Shown here one piece after another: positions 27,831 to 36,906 of a stretch of 64,000 nt of DNA. Numbering within the stretch: position 1 is the first letter of the stretch; every line of letters starts with the position of its first letter. The notes under the pieces were generated by a model. It searched no databases. It was not told the origin of the DNA and was given only the letters and a program-made list of their open reading frames with translations. The position numbers were made by a program, and so were the translations under genes. The stretch lies in assembly GCA_036009625.1 (NCBI GenBank), contig DASYLJ010000167.1, positions 1,323-65,322 of the forward strand. Direction: 5' to 3'. Origin of the DNA: Candidatus Binatia bacterium. GTDB lineage: Bacteria > Desulfobacterota > Binatia > DP-6.

Positions 27831-29416
27831 CGCCCACGTCAATCCTGCATCGCACTTCTCCGGGGTCGGTCGACGGTGCTATGGATGCGCCCGTGGGCAC
27901 ACCGTCGCAGAACGACGAGCTGCTGCGTATCCGTCGGGAGCGCGATCTCTATCTGCGCCTGATCCGCCTCGGCGAAGAAAACGATCTCGAGCCGTTCCTC
28001 GAAGAGGCGCTGGGCCTCGTCGTCGACATCACCGGCGCGCGTCAGGGCTATCTCGAGCTCATCGACGACGGTGGTGGCGGCGAGCGCCGATGGTGGAGTG
28101 GACGAGGGTTCTCCACCTCGGAGATCGACGGCGTGCGCGCCCTGTTGTCCCGCGGCATCATCGCCGAGGCGCTGGCGTCGCGACAGACGATCCTCACCGG
28201 CTCCGCGGCGCGCGACCCGCGTTTCCGCGAGTTCGACAGCGTGCGTGGGCTCGCCATCGACGCCGTGCTGTGCGCACCGATCGGCACCGATCCACCGCTC
28301 GGGGTGGTCTACCTGCAGGGGCGATCACCGAGCGGCGTCTTCGCGGAGGGCGACCGGGCCACCGTCGAAGAGTTCGCGCATCACCTGGCGCCGTTCGCCG
28401 ACCGGTTGCTGCAGCATCGCCGCCGCCGCGACGAGGCCGACGCGACGCGACCGCTGCGCGCCCGGCTGCGGCTCGATGGTGTCGTCGGACGGAGCGCCAC
28501 GCTCGCGGCCACGCTGCAGCAGGTGGGCCTGGTGGCGCCACTCGACGTCGACGTCCTACTGCTCGGCGATACCGGCACCGGCAAGACGCAGCTCGCGCGC
28601 GTCATCCACGACAACAGCCGCCGCGCCGCCGGCCCCTTCGTCGTGGTCAACTGTGCCGCGGTCCCGGACACGCTGTTCGAGGCCGAGATGTTCGGCGCGG
28701 CGGCAGGGGCGCACTCCACGGCCACGCACCGCATCGACGGCAAGATCGCCGTCGGGCAGGGCGGTACCATCCTGCTGGACGAGGTCGCGGAGCTCGGGGT
28801 GGCGTCGCAGGCGAAGCTCCTGCAGATCATCCAGTCGAAGCAGTACTTCCCCCTCGGCAGCAACAAGCTCGCGTCGGCCGATATCCGTATCATCGCGGCG
28901 ACGAACGTCGACCTGCCCGCCGCGGTGGCGGCGGGGCGCTTCCGCGAGGATCTGTACTACCGGCTGCTCGTCCTGCCGATTCGCGTGCCGTCGCTGGCGG
29001 AGCGTCGCGACGACATCGCCGCGCTCGCGGAGCGTTTCGTCCAGGTCGCGGCCGAACGCCATCGGCTGCCGGTCGTCGGGTTCTCGCCCGCGGCCGCGCG
29101 CGCGCTGCAGGTGGCGGAATGGTCCGGCAACGTGCGCCAGCTCGAGCACGTAGTCCAGGCGGCCCTGATCCGCGCCGTCGGCAGCGGCGCGCAGCAGATC
29201 GAGTGCACGCACGTCTTCCCCGATCCGCGCCCCGGCGGTCCGCCGGTCGAGCAGCACGAGACCTTCCAGGAAGCCACGCGTCGGTTCCAGGCTGGGCTCG
29301 TGCGCCAGGCGCTCGAGGACAGCCACTGGAACGTGATCGAGGCCGCGCGTCGCCTCGACATCGCGCGCTCGCACCTCTACACGCTGATCCGCGCGTTCGG
29401 GCTCGAGAGACACTGA
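27827..29416 (+). CDS. GAF-AAA+-HTH sigma-54-type enhancer-binding protein R2 (intact ATPase motifs, variant GAFTGA)
   Basis: The ATG at 27827 overlaps the R1 stop (ATGA). Walker A is GDTGTGKT, Walker B is ILLDEV and the R-finger region is RFREDLYYRL. WSGNVRQLEHVV is present. The HTH is IEAARRLDIARSHLYTLIRAFGL. GAHSTA stands at the GAFTGA position. Confidence 0.9.
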   Translation: MTPTSILHRTSPGSVDGAMDAPVGTPSQNDELLRIRRERDLYLRLIRLGEENDLEPFLEEALGLVVDITGARQGYLELIDDGGGGERRWWSGRGFSTSEIDGVRALLSRGIIAEALASRQTILTGSAARDPRFREFDSVRGLAIDAVLCAPIGTDPPLGVVYLQGRSPSGVFAEGDRATVEEFAHHLAPFADRLLQHRRRRDEADATRPLRARLRLDGVVGRSATLAATLQQVGLVAPLDVDVLLLGDTGTGKTQLARVIHDNSRRAAGPFVVVNCAAVPDTLFEAEMFGAAAGAHSTATHRIDGKIAVGQGGTILLDEVAELGVASQAKLLQIIQSKQYFPLGSNKLASADIRIIAATNVDLPAAVAAGRFREDLYYRLLVLPIRVPSLAERRDDIAALAERFVQVAAERHRLPVVGFSPAAARALQVAEWSGNVRQLEHVVQAALIRAVGSGAQQIECTHVFPDPRPGGPPVEQHETFQEATRRFQAGLVRQALEDSHWNVIEAARRLDIARSHLYTLIRAFGLERH

Positions 29417-29421
29417 GGACG

Positions 29422-29445
29422 CCGACCGAGCTACAGCTCGGTCGG
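29422..29445. terminator. hairpin between convergent genes (bidirectional terminator candidate)
   Basis: CCGACCGAGC taca GCTCGGTCGG, a perfect 10-bp stem, 6 nt after the R2 stop. No U-tract follows. Confidence 0.5.
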
Positions 29446-29526
29446 GGGCGAGAGTGTGGCGGTCGTGTACGCGCGACCATGGTGTCACGGCCGGCGAAGC
29501 CGGCGTGACATACGAACACGCGCGTT

Positions 29527-30309
29527 TTAGCTGCAGCGCGACGGCCAGGTGAGTTTCCACACCAGGTTGCGCACCTCGAGGGTTCCGCCGGGGACGCCTG
29601 GGCAGAGGCGTGGCGAAAGACCTTCGACCAGATTGCCGTCGATCGATATCCAGCCCGCGGCGGGGCGGAGGTCGGCGTGGCTGAAGTCCCAGCCGAAGCG
29701 GGAACAGCGGATGCTGCCGTCGGGGCGGCGGCCGAGGACCGGGAGGTGCTCGAAGAGACGGCGCACGGCGACGATCGTGGGGAGCGTCGTCCGGGTCGCG
29801 GGCTCCCAGGGACCGCGGGGCTCGACGGCGGCGTGGAGGAGGAGACGGTCGTCGTCCTCGGAGAGGATGAAGAGGGGGCCGTCGCTGCGCATGCGGGCGG
29901 TGGTCTTGGCGAAGCCGTAGTGGGCGTTGCCGTGCCAGGTGGCGGGGAAGTAGGCGGAGCACATGCGCGCCACGAAGACGTGCGGCGCCTCGCCGTGCCG
30001 CTGTCGCACGAACGGGACGAGGACGGCGAATTCGCCGTAGCGGATGCCGAGCGGGACGGGGCGGCCACCCACCAGCAGGGTGCCGTCCGCCTGCTCGCCG
30101 AAGACGAACAGGACGGGGTGCTGCGACGGATCGATGCAGCCGCCGGTCATGAGCTCGAGCGACGGGGGAAGGGTGGCTGCGACGTCGGCGCGCGGCAGGC
30201 CGACCACGCACATGCGTCCCGAGAACGTCGCCTGCCCGTTGAACGTGGTGCCGGCGTGGAGCGCCGGATCGGGCCGTGGAAAGGTCCCGGGGTCGAAGAA
30301 CGGCTGCAT
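29527..30309 (-). CDS. acetoacetate decarboxylase-like family protein
   Basis: 260 aa from MQPFFDPGTFP. GIRYGEFAVLVPFV and the MCSAYFPATWHGNAHYGFAKT segment resemble the ADC-family Y-x-E and GRE-x-WG-x-PK regions. Confidence 0.55.
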   Translation of the reverse strand: MQPFFDPGTFPRPDPALHAGTTFNGQATFSGRMCVVGLPRADVAATLPPSLELMTGGCIDPSQHPVLFVFGEQADGTLLVGGRPVPLGIRYGEFAVLVPFVRQRHGEAPHVFVARMCSAYFPATWHGNAHYGFAKTTARMRSDGPLFILSEDDDRLLLHAAVEPRGPWEPATRTTLPTIVAVRRLFEHLPVLGRRPDGSIRCSRFGWDFSHADLRPAAGWISIDGNLVEGLSPRLCPGVPGGTLEVRNLVWKLTWPSRCS

Positions 30310-30403
30310 GCGCGCGGCGGACGATAGCACAGCATCGCGCCGTGCGACCGCGCCTTGCGATCGAGCTCCGGTCGCGGGATGACTGACGGAGCGCCCAGGC
30401 CCC

Positions 30404-33289
30404 ATGAAGCCACCGTCCGTCATCCACTTTCCGCCGTTTCGCCTCGATCGCGTCGCCGGGCAGCTCTTTCGCGGCGACACGCCGGTGCCGCTGCGACCGA
30501 AGACCTGGGCGATGCTCTGCCACCTCGCGTCGCGCCCGGGCGAGCTGGTGACGAAAGACGAAGCGCTGGCGGCGGTGTGGCCCGACGTCTCCGTCACCGA
30601 GGACGCGCCGCGCGTCGCCGTGCGCGAGCTGCGGCGCGCGCTCGGTGACGACCCCGCCGCACCGGCGTTGATCGAGACCGTGCACGGCCGTGGCTGGCGG
30701 TTCCACGGCGTCGCGCGTGCGCCGCGTACGGCGGCGTCCGACGATGCCATCATGGTCGGCCGCGACGCGGAGCTGGCGACGCTCGAGGGCTGGCTCGAGG
30801 CCGCGTGCGGCGGCGAGCGCATGGTCGCACTCGTGTCCGGCGATGCCGGAGTCGGCAAGACGACGTTGCTCGACGCGTTTCTCGCCCGCGCCGGCGCGCG
30901 CGGTGACGTCGTCGTCGTGCGCGCAGAGTGTCGTCAGATGCTCGGCACGGGGGAGCCCTACCAGCCCTTGCTCGAGGGCGTGGCCGCCGCGGCCGCGGGT
31001 CCGGCGGGTGCCGCCGTGACGACGGCGTTGCGTACGCACGCGCCGAGCTGGCTGGTGCAGATTCCGTCCCTGCTCGTGCCCGACGAGGTCACGGCGCTCC
31101 GCCATCAGCTCGCCGGGTCGAGCGGCGAGCGCATGCTGCGCGAGCTGGCGACGTGGGTCGACGTGGTGGCCGGCGCGCGACCCGTCGTGCTGCTGGTGGA
31201 GGATCTGCACTGGAGCGACGGCGCCACGCTCGACGCCTTGGTGGCGCTCGCACACCGGCGGACGCCGGTGCATCTGCTGGTGGTCGCGACCTATCGGCCC
31301 GTCGAGGCGATCGTGGCCGATCATCCGCTGCGTGGCGTGCGGCAGGACCTGGTGCGCCGGCGGCTCTGTCGTACGCTTGCGCTGGGCACGTTGCCACCCG
31401 CCGCCGTGCTCGCATATCTCGCCGCACGCTTCGGCACGGTGGCGACGTCGTCGTCGCTGGTGTCCTTCGTGCACGAGCGCTCCGACGGCAACCCCTTCTT
31501 CATGACCGCCGTCGCCGATCAGCTGGTGGCCGGCGGCTGTCTCGTCCGCGGCGGCGACGGTTGGCGCGTCGACGAGACGGTGCCACTCGGCGACGTCGGC
31601 ATCCCCGAGACGTTGCGCGAGATGATCGAGCGCCAGCTCGACGCCGTCGACGCGCGCACGCAGGTGATCCTCGATGCGGCCAGCGTGGTGGGCACCGAGT
31701 TCGCGGTCGGCGCGGTGGCGGCTGCCGTCGACGATGCCGAGGTCGAGGTGGTCGAGGACGCCTGCGATCGGCTCGTGCGCCAGGGTCGTCTCCTACGCGC
31801 GGCGGGCGAGCAGGAGTGGCCCGACGGCACGGTCACCGCGCGCTACGCGTTCCGGCACGCGCTTTACCGCGACGTCCTCTATGCGCGTCTCGCGCCGTCG
31901 CGCCGCCATCGGCTCCACCAGCTCGCGGGCGAACGTCTCGAGCGGGCGTACGGTGGTGCCACGATGGTGATCGCCGCCGAGCTGGGCGGACACTTCGCGC
32001 GCAGCCGCGATCGCGGGCGGGCGGTGCGCTACCTCGGTCAGGCCGCCGAGGGCGCGCAGCAGCGCTTCGCCGAGCGCGAGGCGATCGCGAGCCTCTCGCG
32101 CGCCCTCGAGCTGCTCGACGGCATGCCGCCGTCGCACGAGCGCACGCAGCAGGAGCTGATGCTCCGCCTGATGCTCGGGCCGTCGCTCAGCGTGACGCTC
32201 GGGCACACTTGCCCGGAGCTGGCGACGTCGAGCGCGCGCGTGCGCGCGTTGCTGCCCGATCTCGGGGAGACGCCCGGCCACGTCTTCGCGCTGCTGTCGC
32301 TGTTCGCCTTCGAGGTGATGCGCGGTCGACTCGACGCCGCCGCCGAGCTCGCCGACCAGGCCTGCGTGCTGGGCCCGCGCGTCGCGCCCACCTTCATCGC
32401 CATCGCCGACATGTCGGCCGGTATCGTGCGCTGCTATCGCGGTGATCTGGCGGTCGCTCGACGTCATCTGGAAGCGACCATCGCGGCGGCGTCGCCGGAG
32501 TCGTTCCCGGTGAGCTTCGATCCGCGCCTGGTGGCGCTGAGCCATCTCGCCGATCGTTGTCTCGTGCCGCTCGGCGAGCCGGCGGCGGCGGTCGCCATGG
32601 GGGAGCGCGCCGTGGCGCATGCCGCCGGGCTCGGCCATCCGTTCTCGCGCGCGGTCGCGAGCAGCACCATCGCGCGCATGTACCTCGTGCTGCGCGATCC
32701 CGTGCGTGCGGCGGCGCTCGCCGCCGAGGCGCTCGCGCTGTCCGCGGAGGATGGCTATCCGGACATCGCGCTGCGCGCCTCCATCATCCACGGCTGGGCG
32801 CGCGCGCTCGGCCCCGAGCGCGCCGACGTCGTCGACGAGCTGCTGCCGCTGCTCGCGAGCTACGGTCAGCGCGCCGGCATGGTGGCGGTGACCACCGCCC
32901 ACCTCGCGGTGGTGGAGGCGGCGGTCGCCGTCGGCCGTCTCGACGATGCGCTGCATCTGGTGATGACCGCGGCGCGGCTCGTCGAGGAGACGGGCGAGCG
33001 CATGGAGGAGGCCGAGGTGCACCGCTGGCATGGCGAGGTGCTGCTCGGCCTGCGCGGACGCCAGGGACGCGCGGAGGCGCGCAGTCGCTTCGAGCAGGCG
33101 CTCGCCGTCGCCACCGCGCAGGGCGCGCGCTGGTTCGCGCTGCGTGCCGCGACCAGCCTGGCGCGGCTCGAGGGCACGCGCGCCGGTGACGCGCGCACGC
33201 GTCTCGCGACGCTCGTCGACGAGATCGGCGCGGGCGACGAGTGGCCCGACGTACGGGACGCCATGGGGCTCGTGACACGTCGCGGGTGA
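30404..33289 (+). CDS. OmpR/PhoB-type winged-helix DNA-binding domain fused to AAA/STAND ATPase and TPR array
   Basis: wHTH is FRLDRVAGQLFRGDTPVPLRPKTWAMLCHLASRPGELVTKDE...VHGRGWRF. P-loop is SGDAGVGKTTL and Walker B is VLLVEDLHWSD. The C-terminus is long and helical-repeat. Confidence 0.85.
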   Translation: MKPPSVIHFPPFRLDRVAGQLFRGDTPVPLRPKTWAMLCHLASRPGELVTKDEALAAVWPDVSVTEDAPRVAVRELRRALGDDPAAPALIETVHGRGWRFHGVARAPRTAASDDAIMVGRDAELATLEGWLEAACGGERMVALVSGDAGVGKTTLLDAFLARAGARGDVVVVRAECRQMLGTGEPYQPLLEGVAAAAAGPAGAAVTTALRTHAPSWLVQIPSLLVPDEVTALRHQLAGSSGERMLRELATWVDVVAGARPVVLLVEDLHWSDGATLDALVALAHRRTPVHLLVVATYRPVEAIVADHPLRGVRQDLVRRRLCRTLALGTLPPAAVLAYLAARFGTVATSSSLVSFVHERSDGNPFFMTAVADQLVAGGCLVRGGDGWRVDETVPLGDVGIPETLREMIERQLDAVDARTQVILDAASVVGTEFAVGAVAAAVDDAEVEVVEDACDRLVRQGRLLRAAGEQEWPDGTVTARYAFRHALYRDVLYARLAPSRRHRLHQLAGERLERAYGGATMVIAAELGGHFARSRDRGRAVRYLGQAAEGAQQRFAEREAIASLSRALELLDGMPPSHERTQQELMLRLMLGPSLSVTLGHTCPELATSSARVRALLPDLGETPGHVFALLSLFAFEVMRGRLDAAAELADQACVLGPRVAPTFIAIADMSAGIVRCYRGDLAVARRHLEATIAAASPESFPVSFDPRLVALSHLADRCLVPLGEPAAAVAMGERAVAHAAGLGHPFSRAVASSTIARMYLVLRDPVRAAALAAEALALSAEDGYPDIALRASIIHGWARALGPERADVVDELLPLLASYGQRAGMVAVTTAHLAVVEAAVAVGRLDDALHLVMTAARLVEETGERMEEAEVHRWHGEVLLGLRGRQGRAEARSRFEQALAVATAQGARWFALRAATSLARLEGTRAGDARTRLATLVDEIGAGDEWPDVRDAMGLVTRRG

Positions 33290-33308
33290 GGATAGGGTCG
33301 GAGGCCTC

Positions 33309-34460
33309 GTGGAAAACCTCCGACGTGTCTCCGCGCTCCTCGTCCTCGCCGTCGTCTCCTGGAGCGCACCGTACGCAGCTGCATCTCCCGCCGAGCGCGC
33401 CGATGCGCAGCTCGATGCCGCGCTCGCGGCGCTGATCACCATGCCGGGAGGCCCTCCCGGCGCGATCGCGGTGGTGCAGCGTGGACGTCGTCTGGCGGTG
33501 CACGCCGTCGGCGTCGTCGGCTTCGACACCCCCCGCCTCCCGAGCGAGACCGATCACATGCGGCTCGCGAGCGTGTCGAAGGCGTTCAATGGTGCGGTCG
33601 CGCTGGCGTTGGTCGCGCAGGGGCGTCTGTCGCTCGACGACACCATCGCCACGCGCCTGCCGTCGCTGCCGGCGGCCTGGGGTGCGGTGACGCTCGGCCA
33701 GCTCCTGAACCACACCAGCGGGATACCGAACTACCTGGGCGTGCCGGCGGCGCAGGAGGCGATCGGCGCGTCGCCGACGGTGGCGCTGCCGCCGTCGCAG
33801 CTGCTCGATTTCGTTACCGACCTGCCGCTCGAGTTCGCCCCCGGATCGACGTACCGCTACTCGAATTCCGACAACATCGCTGCCGGCCTCATGGTGGAGG
33901 CGGCCACCGGCACGACCTACGCCGAGGCGCTCACCGACGAGGTATACGCGCCGCTCGGCCTGGAGCAGACGTCGCTCCCGGAGGGTGCGGCGATGCCGGC
34001 GCCGTTCCTGCGTGGCTACGGCTTCGAGCCGCCGGCGCCGCCGGAGGATCTGAGCGAGGTGCTGGCGGCGGGGTGGCCGTGGGCCGCGGGCGGCGTCATC
34101 TCGACGCCCGCCGATCTCAATCGCTTCGTGCGTGGCTACGTGAGCGGCGCGCTCTTCCGTGGCCCGGCACGCCGGCGTCAGCGGACGTTCATCGCCGGCG
34201 GCAACTCCGATCCGCCCGGGCCGGGCTCGAACGACGCCGGCATGTCGCTGTTCCGCTACCGCACGCGGTGCGGCACCGTCTTCGGCCACACCGGTAACTT
34301 CCCGGGCTACACGCAGTTCGCCGCCGCATCGCGCAGCGGGCGACGCTCGACGACGGTATCGATCACGGTGCAGCTGCGCCCCGACATCGACACCGCGGTG
34401 TTCGCGGCGCTGCACGAGGCGTGGGAGCTGGCCGTCTGCGCGGCGATGGCGCGGTCCTAG
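33309..34460 (+). CDS. secreted serine hydrolase (class C beta-lactamase / DD-peptidase family)
   Basis: Signal peptide is present. The SxxK motif is LASVSKAF. LLNHTSGIPNY and HTGNFPGY follow. GGAGG lies before the GTG at 33309. Confidence 0.85.
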   Translation: MENLRRVSALLVLAVVSWSAPYAAASPAERADAQLDAALAALITMPGGPPGAIAVVQRGRRLAVHAVGVVGFDTPRLPSETDHMRLASVSKAFNGAVALALVAQGRLSLDDTIATRLPSLPAAWGAVTLGQLLNHTSGIPNYLGVPAAQEAIGASPTVALPPSQLLDFVTDLPLEFAPGSTYRYSNSDNIAAGLMVEAATGTTYAEALTDEVYAPLGLEQTSLPEGAAMPAPFLRGYGFEPPAPPEDLSEVLAAGWPWAAGGVISTPADLNRFVRGYVSGALFRGPARRRQRTFIAGGNSDPPGPGSNDAGMSLFRYRTRCGTVFGHTGNFPGYTQFAAASRSGRRSTTVSITVQLRPDIDTAVFAALHEAWELAVCAAMARS

Positions 34461-34470
34461 TGTCGGGACA

Positions 34471-34728
34471 CTAAGACCGCGGATCGTCGAGCCGGAGCTC
34501 GAACTCACCCGGGAGGTGACGCGCGAGCGCGGCGATGATCATCGGCGCCAGCATCTCGCCCGGGAGCACGCAGGTGCCGGTGTCGCAGTGGACGTTCGTG
34601 ACGTCGAGCCGCAGCTCGATGCGGGCCATGCGGGCGTCGGCTGATATCAGCACCAGATCGGCGCCGTCGCTGCGGACCAGCGTGCGCGCCGCCTCGAGCG
34701 CCGCGGCCACCTGCTCGTCAGTCCACAT
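34471..34728 (-). CDS. small NifU-C-terminal-like protein
   Basis: 85 aa. VRSDGADLVLISADARMARIELRL...HCDTGTCVLPGEMLAPMI resembles the Nfu/NifU C-terminal fold, with C-x4-C in place of CxxC. Confidence 0.5.
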   Translation of the reverse strand: MWTDEQVAAALEAARTLVRSDGADLVLISADARMARIELRLDVTNVHCDTGTCVLPGEMLAPMIIAALARHLPGEFELRLDDPRS

Positions 34729-35794
34729 GCGGCGCCTCCGCGCGCACGACGGCGACGCTCTGCATCTCGCTCTGACACCAGCTCGGCAGGATCATGGCGT
34801 GCAGGCTGCCGAGGCCGCCGCACACCACCGGCACGAACTGGTCCGGGCGATTGGTGAGGAAGACGCGACCCTGCGCGTCGACGCGCTGCTTGCGGCGCAG
34901 AATCTCCTGATTGGCAGGTCGCCACAGGTCGATCGGCTGCCAGGCGTTCTCCCAGAGACAGGTCTGGAAGTCCTCGATCGCCGGGAACGCGCGGCCGAAG
35001 CGCTCGGCCCACATCGGGTTCACCGCCACCACCACCTGCCCGCAGTCGCCGGTGATCTCGAGGTACCAGTTGCTCATCGGGTAGGCGATGCTCTTGGCGA
35101 GCATGTACGCCAGGTCGCGCGGGTCGTCGTTGTTGGTGTCGGCGACGGGGAAGTTGCCCTTGCTGCCGTGGACGGTGACGACCTCGTCGTCGGCGGCGAA
35201 GCCGCGACGCACGGCCAGCGACGGCCACGGCGAGCGCTCCTCCCATTCCGCGAGGCACTGTCCAAAGCGCCCCGCCTGACCGAACACGCTGCGTGACGTC
35301 TCGCCGGCGCGCTGGCCGCCGATGTTGCGCAGACAGAGCGCCAGCGCGCGGCCGATCGTCATCGAGCCACGGCCTGCCGCGCCGCCGAAGCAGCCCGCCT
35401 TGTAGTCGATCTGCAGGGCGTCACGGCGCGGGCCGTTCACGATGCCGATCGGGAAGACGCTCGACGTCGTGGTGGTGACGGCGACGGCGTTGAACTCCGG
35501 CCGCACGATCGCCTCGAGCGCCGCCAGCACGAGGGGAAACGCCGCGGGCGCGCAGCCGGCCATGACGGCGTTGATGGCCGCGAGCTCGACGGTGGCCTCA
35601 CCGTGTCGCGGTGGCAGACGCCCGATGACGTGCCCCGGTGGGTGTGGCGTCGCCGCGAGCAGCGCGTGGATGCGGTCGTCGGTGGGCGGGATAAGCGGCG
35701 CGCCGTCGCCCCAATGCTCGACGAGCGAGAGGGCATAGAACGCCTCGGCGTCGTCGTCGACCTCGATGGCGCGGCTGGTGAGCGCCGCCGTCAC
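34718..35794 (-). CDS. hypothetical protein (UGSC-associated)
   Basis: The GTG at 35794 overlaps the upstream stop (GTGA), and the 3' end overlaps the next gene by 11 nt. Contains HWGDGAPLIPPTDDRI and INAVMAGCAPAAFP. No named family recalled. Confidence 0.6.
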   Translation of the reverse strand: MTAALTSRAIEVDDDAEAFYALSLVEHWGDGAPLIPPTDDRIHALLAATPHPPGHVIGRLPPRHGEATVELAAINAVMAGCAPAAFPLVLAALEAIVRPEFNAVAVTTTTSSVFPIGIVNGPRRDALQIDYKAGCFGGAAGRGSMTIGRALALCLRNIGGQRAGETSRSVFGQAGRFGQCLAEWEERSPWPSLAVRRGFAADDEVVTVHGSKGNFPVADTNNDDPRDLAYMLAKSIAYPMSNWYLEITGDCGQVVVAVNPMWAERFGRAFPAIEDFQTCLWENAWQPIDLWRPANQEILRRKQRVDAQGRVFLTNRPDQFVPVVCGGLGSLHAMILPSWCQSEMQSVAVVRAEAPHVD

Positions 35795-36348
35795 CGTGTT
35801 GCTCCGAGCACGCGGAGGAACTGCGGGTAGACGGCGTCCGCGATGCGGCGCAGCTCGGGCTCGGCGCGTGTCTCGAGCGGGTAGGGCAGGACCAGGATCT
35901 TCAAATCGGGGTGGCCGAGGAACGTCGCCGTCGTGCGCGCGTGGGTGACGAACTCCTCGCAGATGGCGACGACGACGGGTTTCCGCCGCGCCTCGACCAG
36001 GATCGCGTCGCGCACCGACCACATCGTGCACGAGCCGCACGTCCCGAGCCCGACTACGGCGCACTCGATGTCGTCGAGCCAGCCGTCGAGATCGGTGCGC
36101 GTCTTCTCGCCTTCGGGTCCGGTGCGCTCACCCGTCTGCAGCAGCACGGGCGCGGCGCCGTCGGCGCGCAACCGCTCGACCCAGGCGCCGGCGATGACCT
36201 GCCACGAGCGCCAGGTGGCGTCCTGCCGCAGCCCGATGCGGACGCCGGCGATGCTGCGGCCGAGCGTGAACGCGGGCGCGCCGGTGTCGGCGGGGAAGGT
36301 CGCGGTGGGGCACCGGATGGTGATGCGTGGGCGCAGGGTCGTGTGCAT
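35791..36348 (-). CDS. UGSC family (seleno)protein homolog, Cys-containing form
   Basis: 185 aa from MHTTLRPRITIRCP. The central motif VVGLGTCGSCT has CGSC at the place I recall as UGSC in the selenoprotein members. Assignment is from memory. Confidence 0.5.
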   Translation of the reverse strand: MHTTLRPRITIRCPTATFPADTGAPAFTLGRSIAGVRIGLRQDATWRSWQVIAGAWVERLRADGAAPVLLQTGERTGPEGEKTRTDLDGWLDDIECAVVGLGTCGSCTMWSVRDAILVEARRKPVVVAICEEFVTHARTTATFLGHPDLKILVLPYPLETRAEPELRRIADAVYPQFLRVLGATR

Positions 36349-36440
36349 GACCGTCGTACGGAAGCAGCGATACGACGCGGCCCGCGCGGCGGTCAATCGG
36401 AGCTTTCGCGGCCCGCGGCATCGCATGCTACGGCGACGTC

Positions 36441-36905
36441 GTGGAGCTGTGGCACATCTGGGTCGGTATCATCGCGCTGTACGTCGCGGTGTGCGCAGCG
36501 ATCGTGTGGCGCGTGCGACGGCTGCGGCGCGAGGTGGCGGCGAGCAGTACGTGGCCGTCGGTGGCGAGCCGGGTGGTGGAGTCGCGCATGGACGAGATCC
36601 ACTCGGTCAAAGGTGGCACCACCTTCTTCCCGGTCGTGATCTACGACTACACCGTCGACGGCCGCGCCCTGCGCGGGGCACGCATGCACTTCGGCGACCC
36701 GGTCGGCTACAGCTTCCGACGTCGCGCCGACCGCCGGCTCGCCGACCTCACGGCGGCGGCCGCCATCCAGGTGCACCACGATCCGGCCGATCCGACTCAC
36801 GCCGTCATCGAGCGCCGCGCCCCGATCCTGCGCCGTGACGCCGTGCTGCTCGGCATCCTGCTCGTGGTCCTGGCGGGCATCCTCACGTTCCCGCTCTGGC
36901 TCTGA
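36441..36905 (+). CDS. DUF3592-like membrane protein
   Basis: N- and C-terminal TM helices flank WPSVASRVVESRMDE...FFPVVIYDYTVDGRALRGARMHFG. Confidence 0.6.
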   Translation: MELWHIWVGIIALYVAVCAAIVWRVRRLRREVAASSTWPSVASRVVESRMDEIHSVKGGTTFFPVVIYDYTVDGRALRGARMHFGDPVGYSFRRRADRRLADLTAAAAIQVHHDPADPTHAVIERRAPILRRDAVLLGILLVVLAGILTFPLWL

Positions 36906-36906
36906 C

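Noticed and set aside
28556-31474. 972-aa minus ORF
   Set aside because: It is antisense to R2 and to the wHTH-AAA-TPR gene and crosses the real ADC-like gene in another frame. Its composition is R/P/H-rich.
34458-34473. TAGTGT-cggg-ACACTA hairpin formed by two convergent stop codons
   Set aside because: A 6-bp AT-containing stem is too weak to call as a terminator with any confidence.
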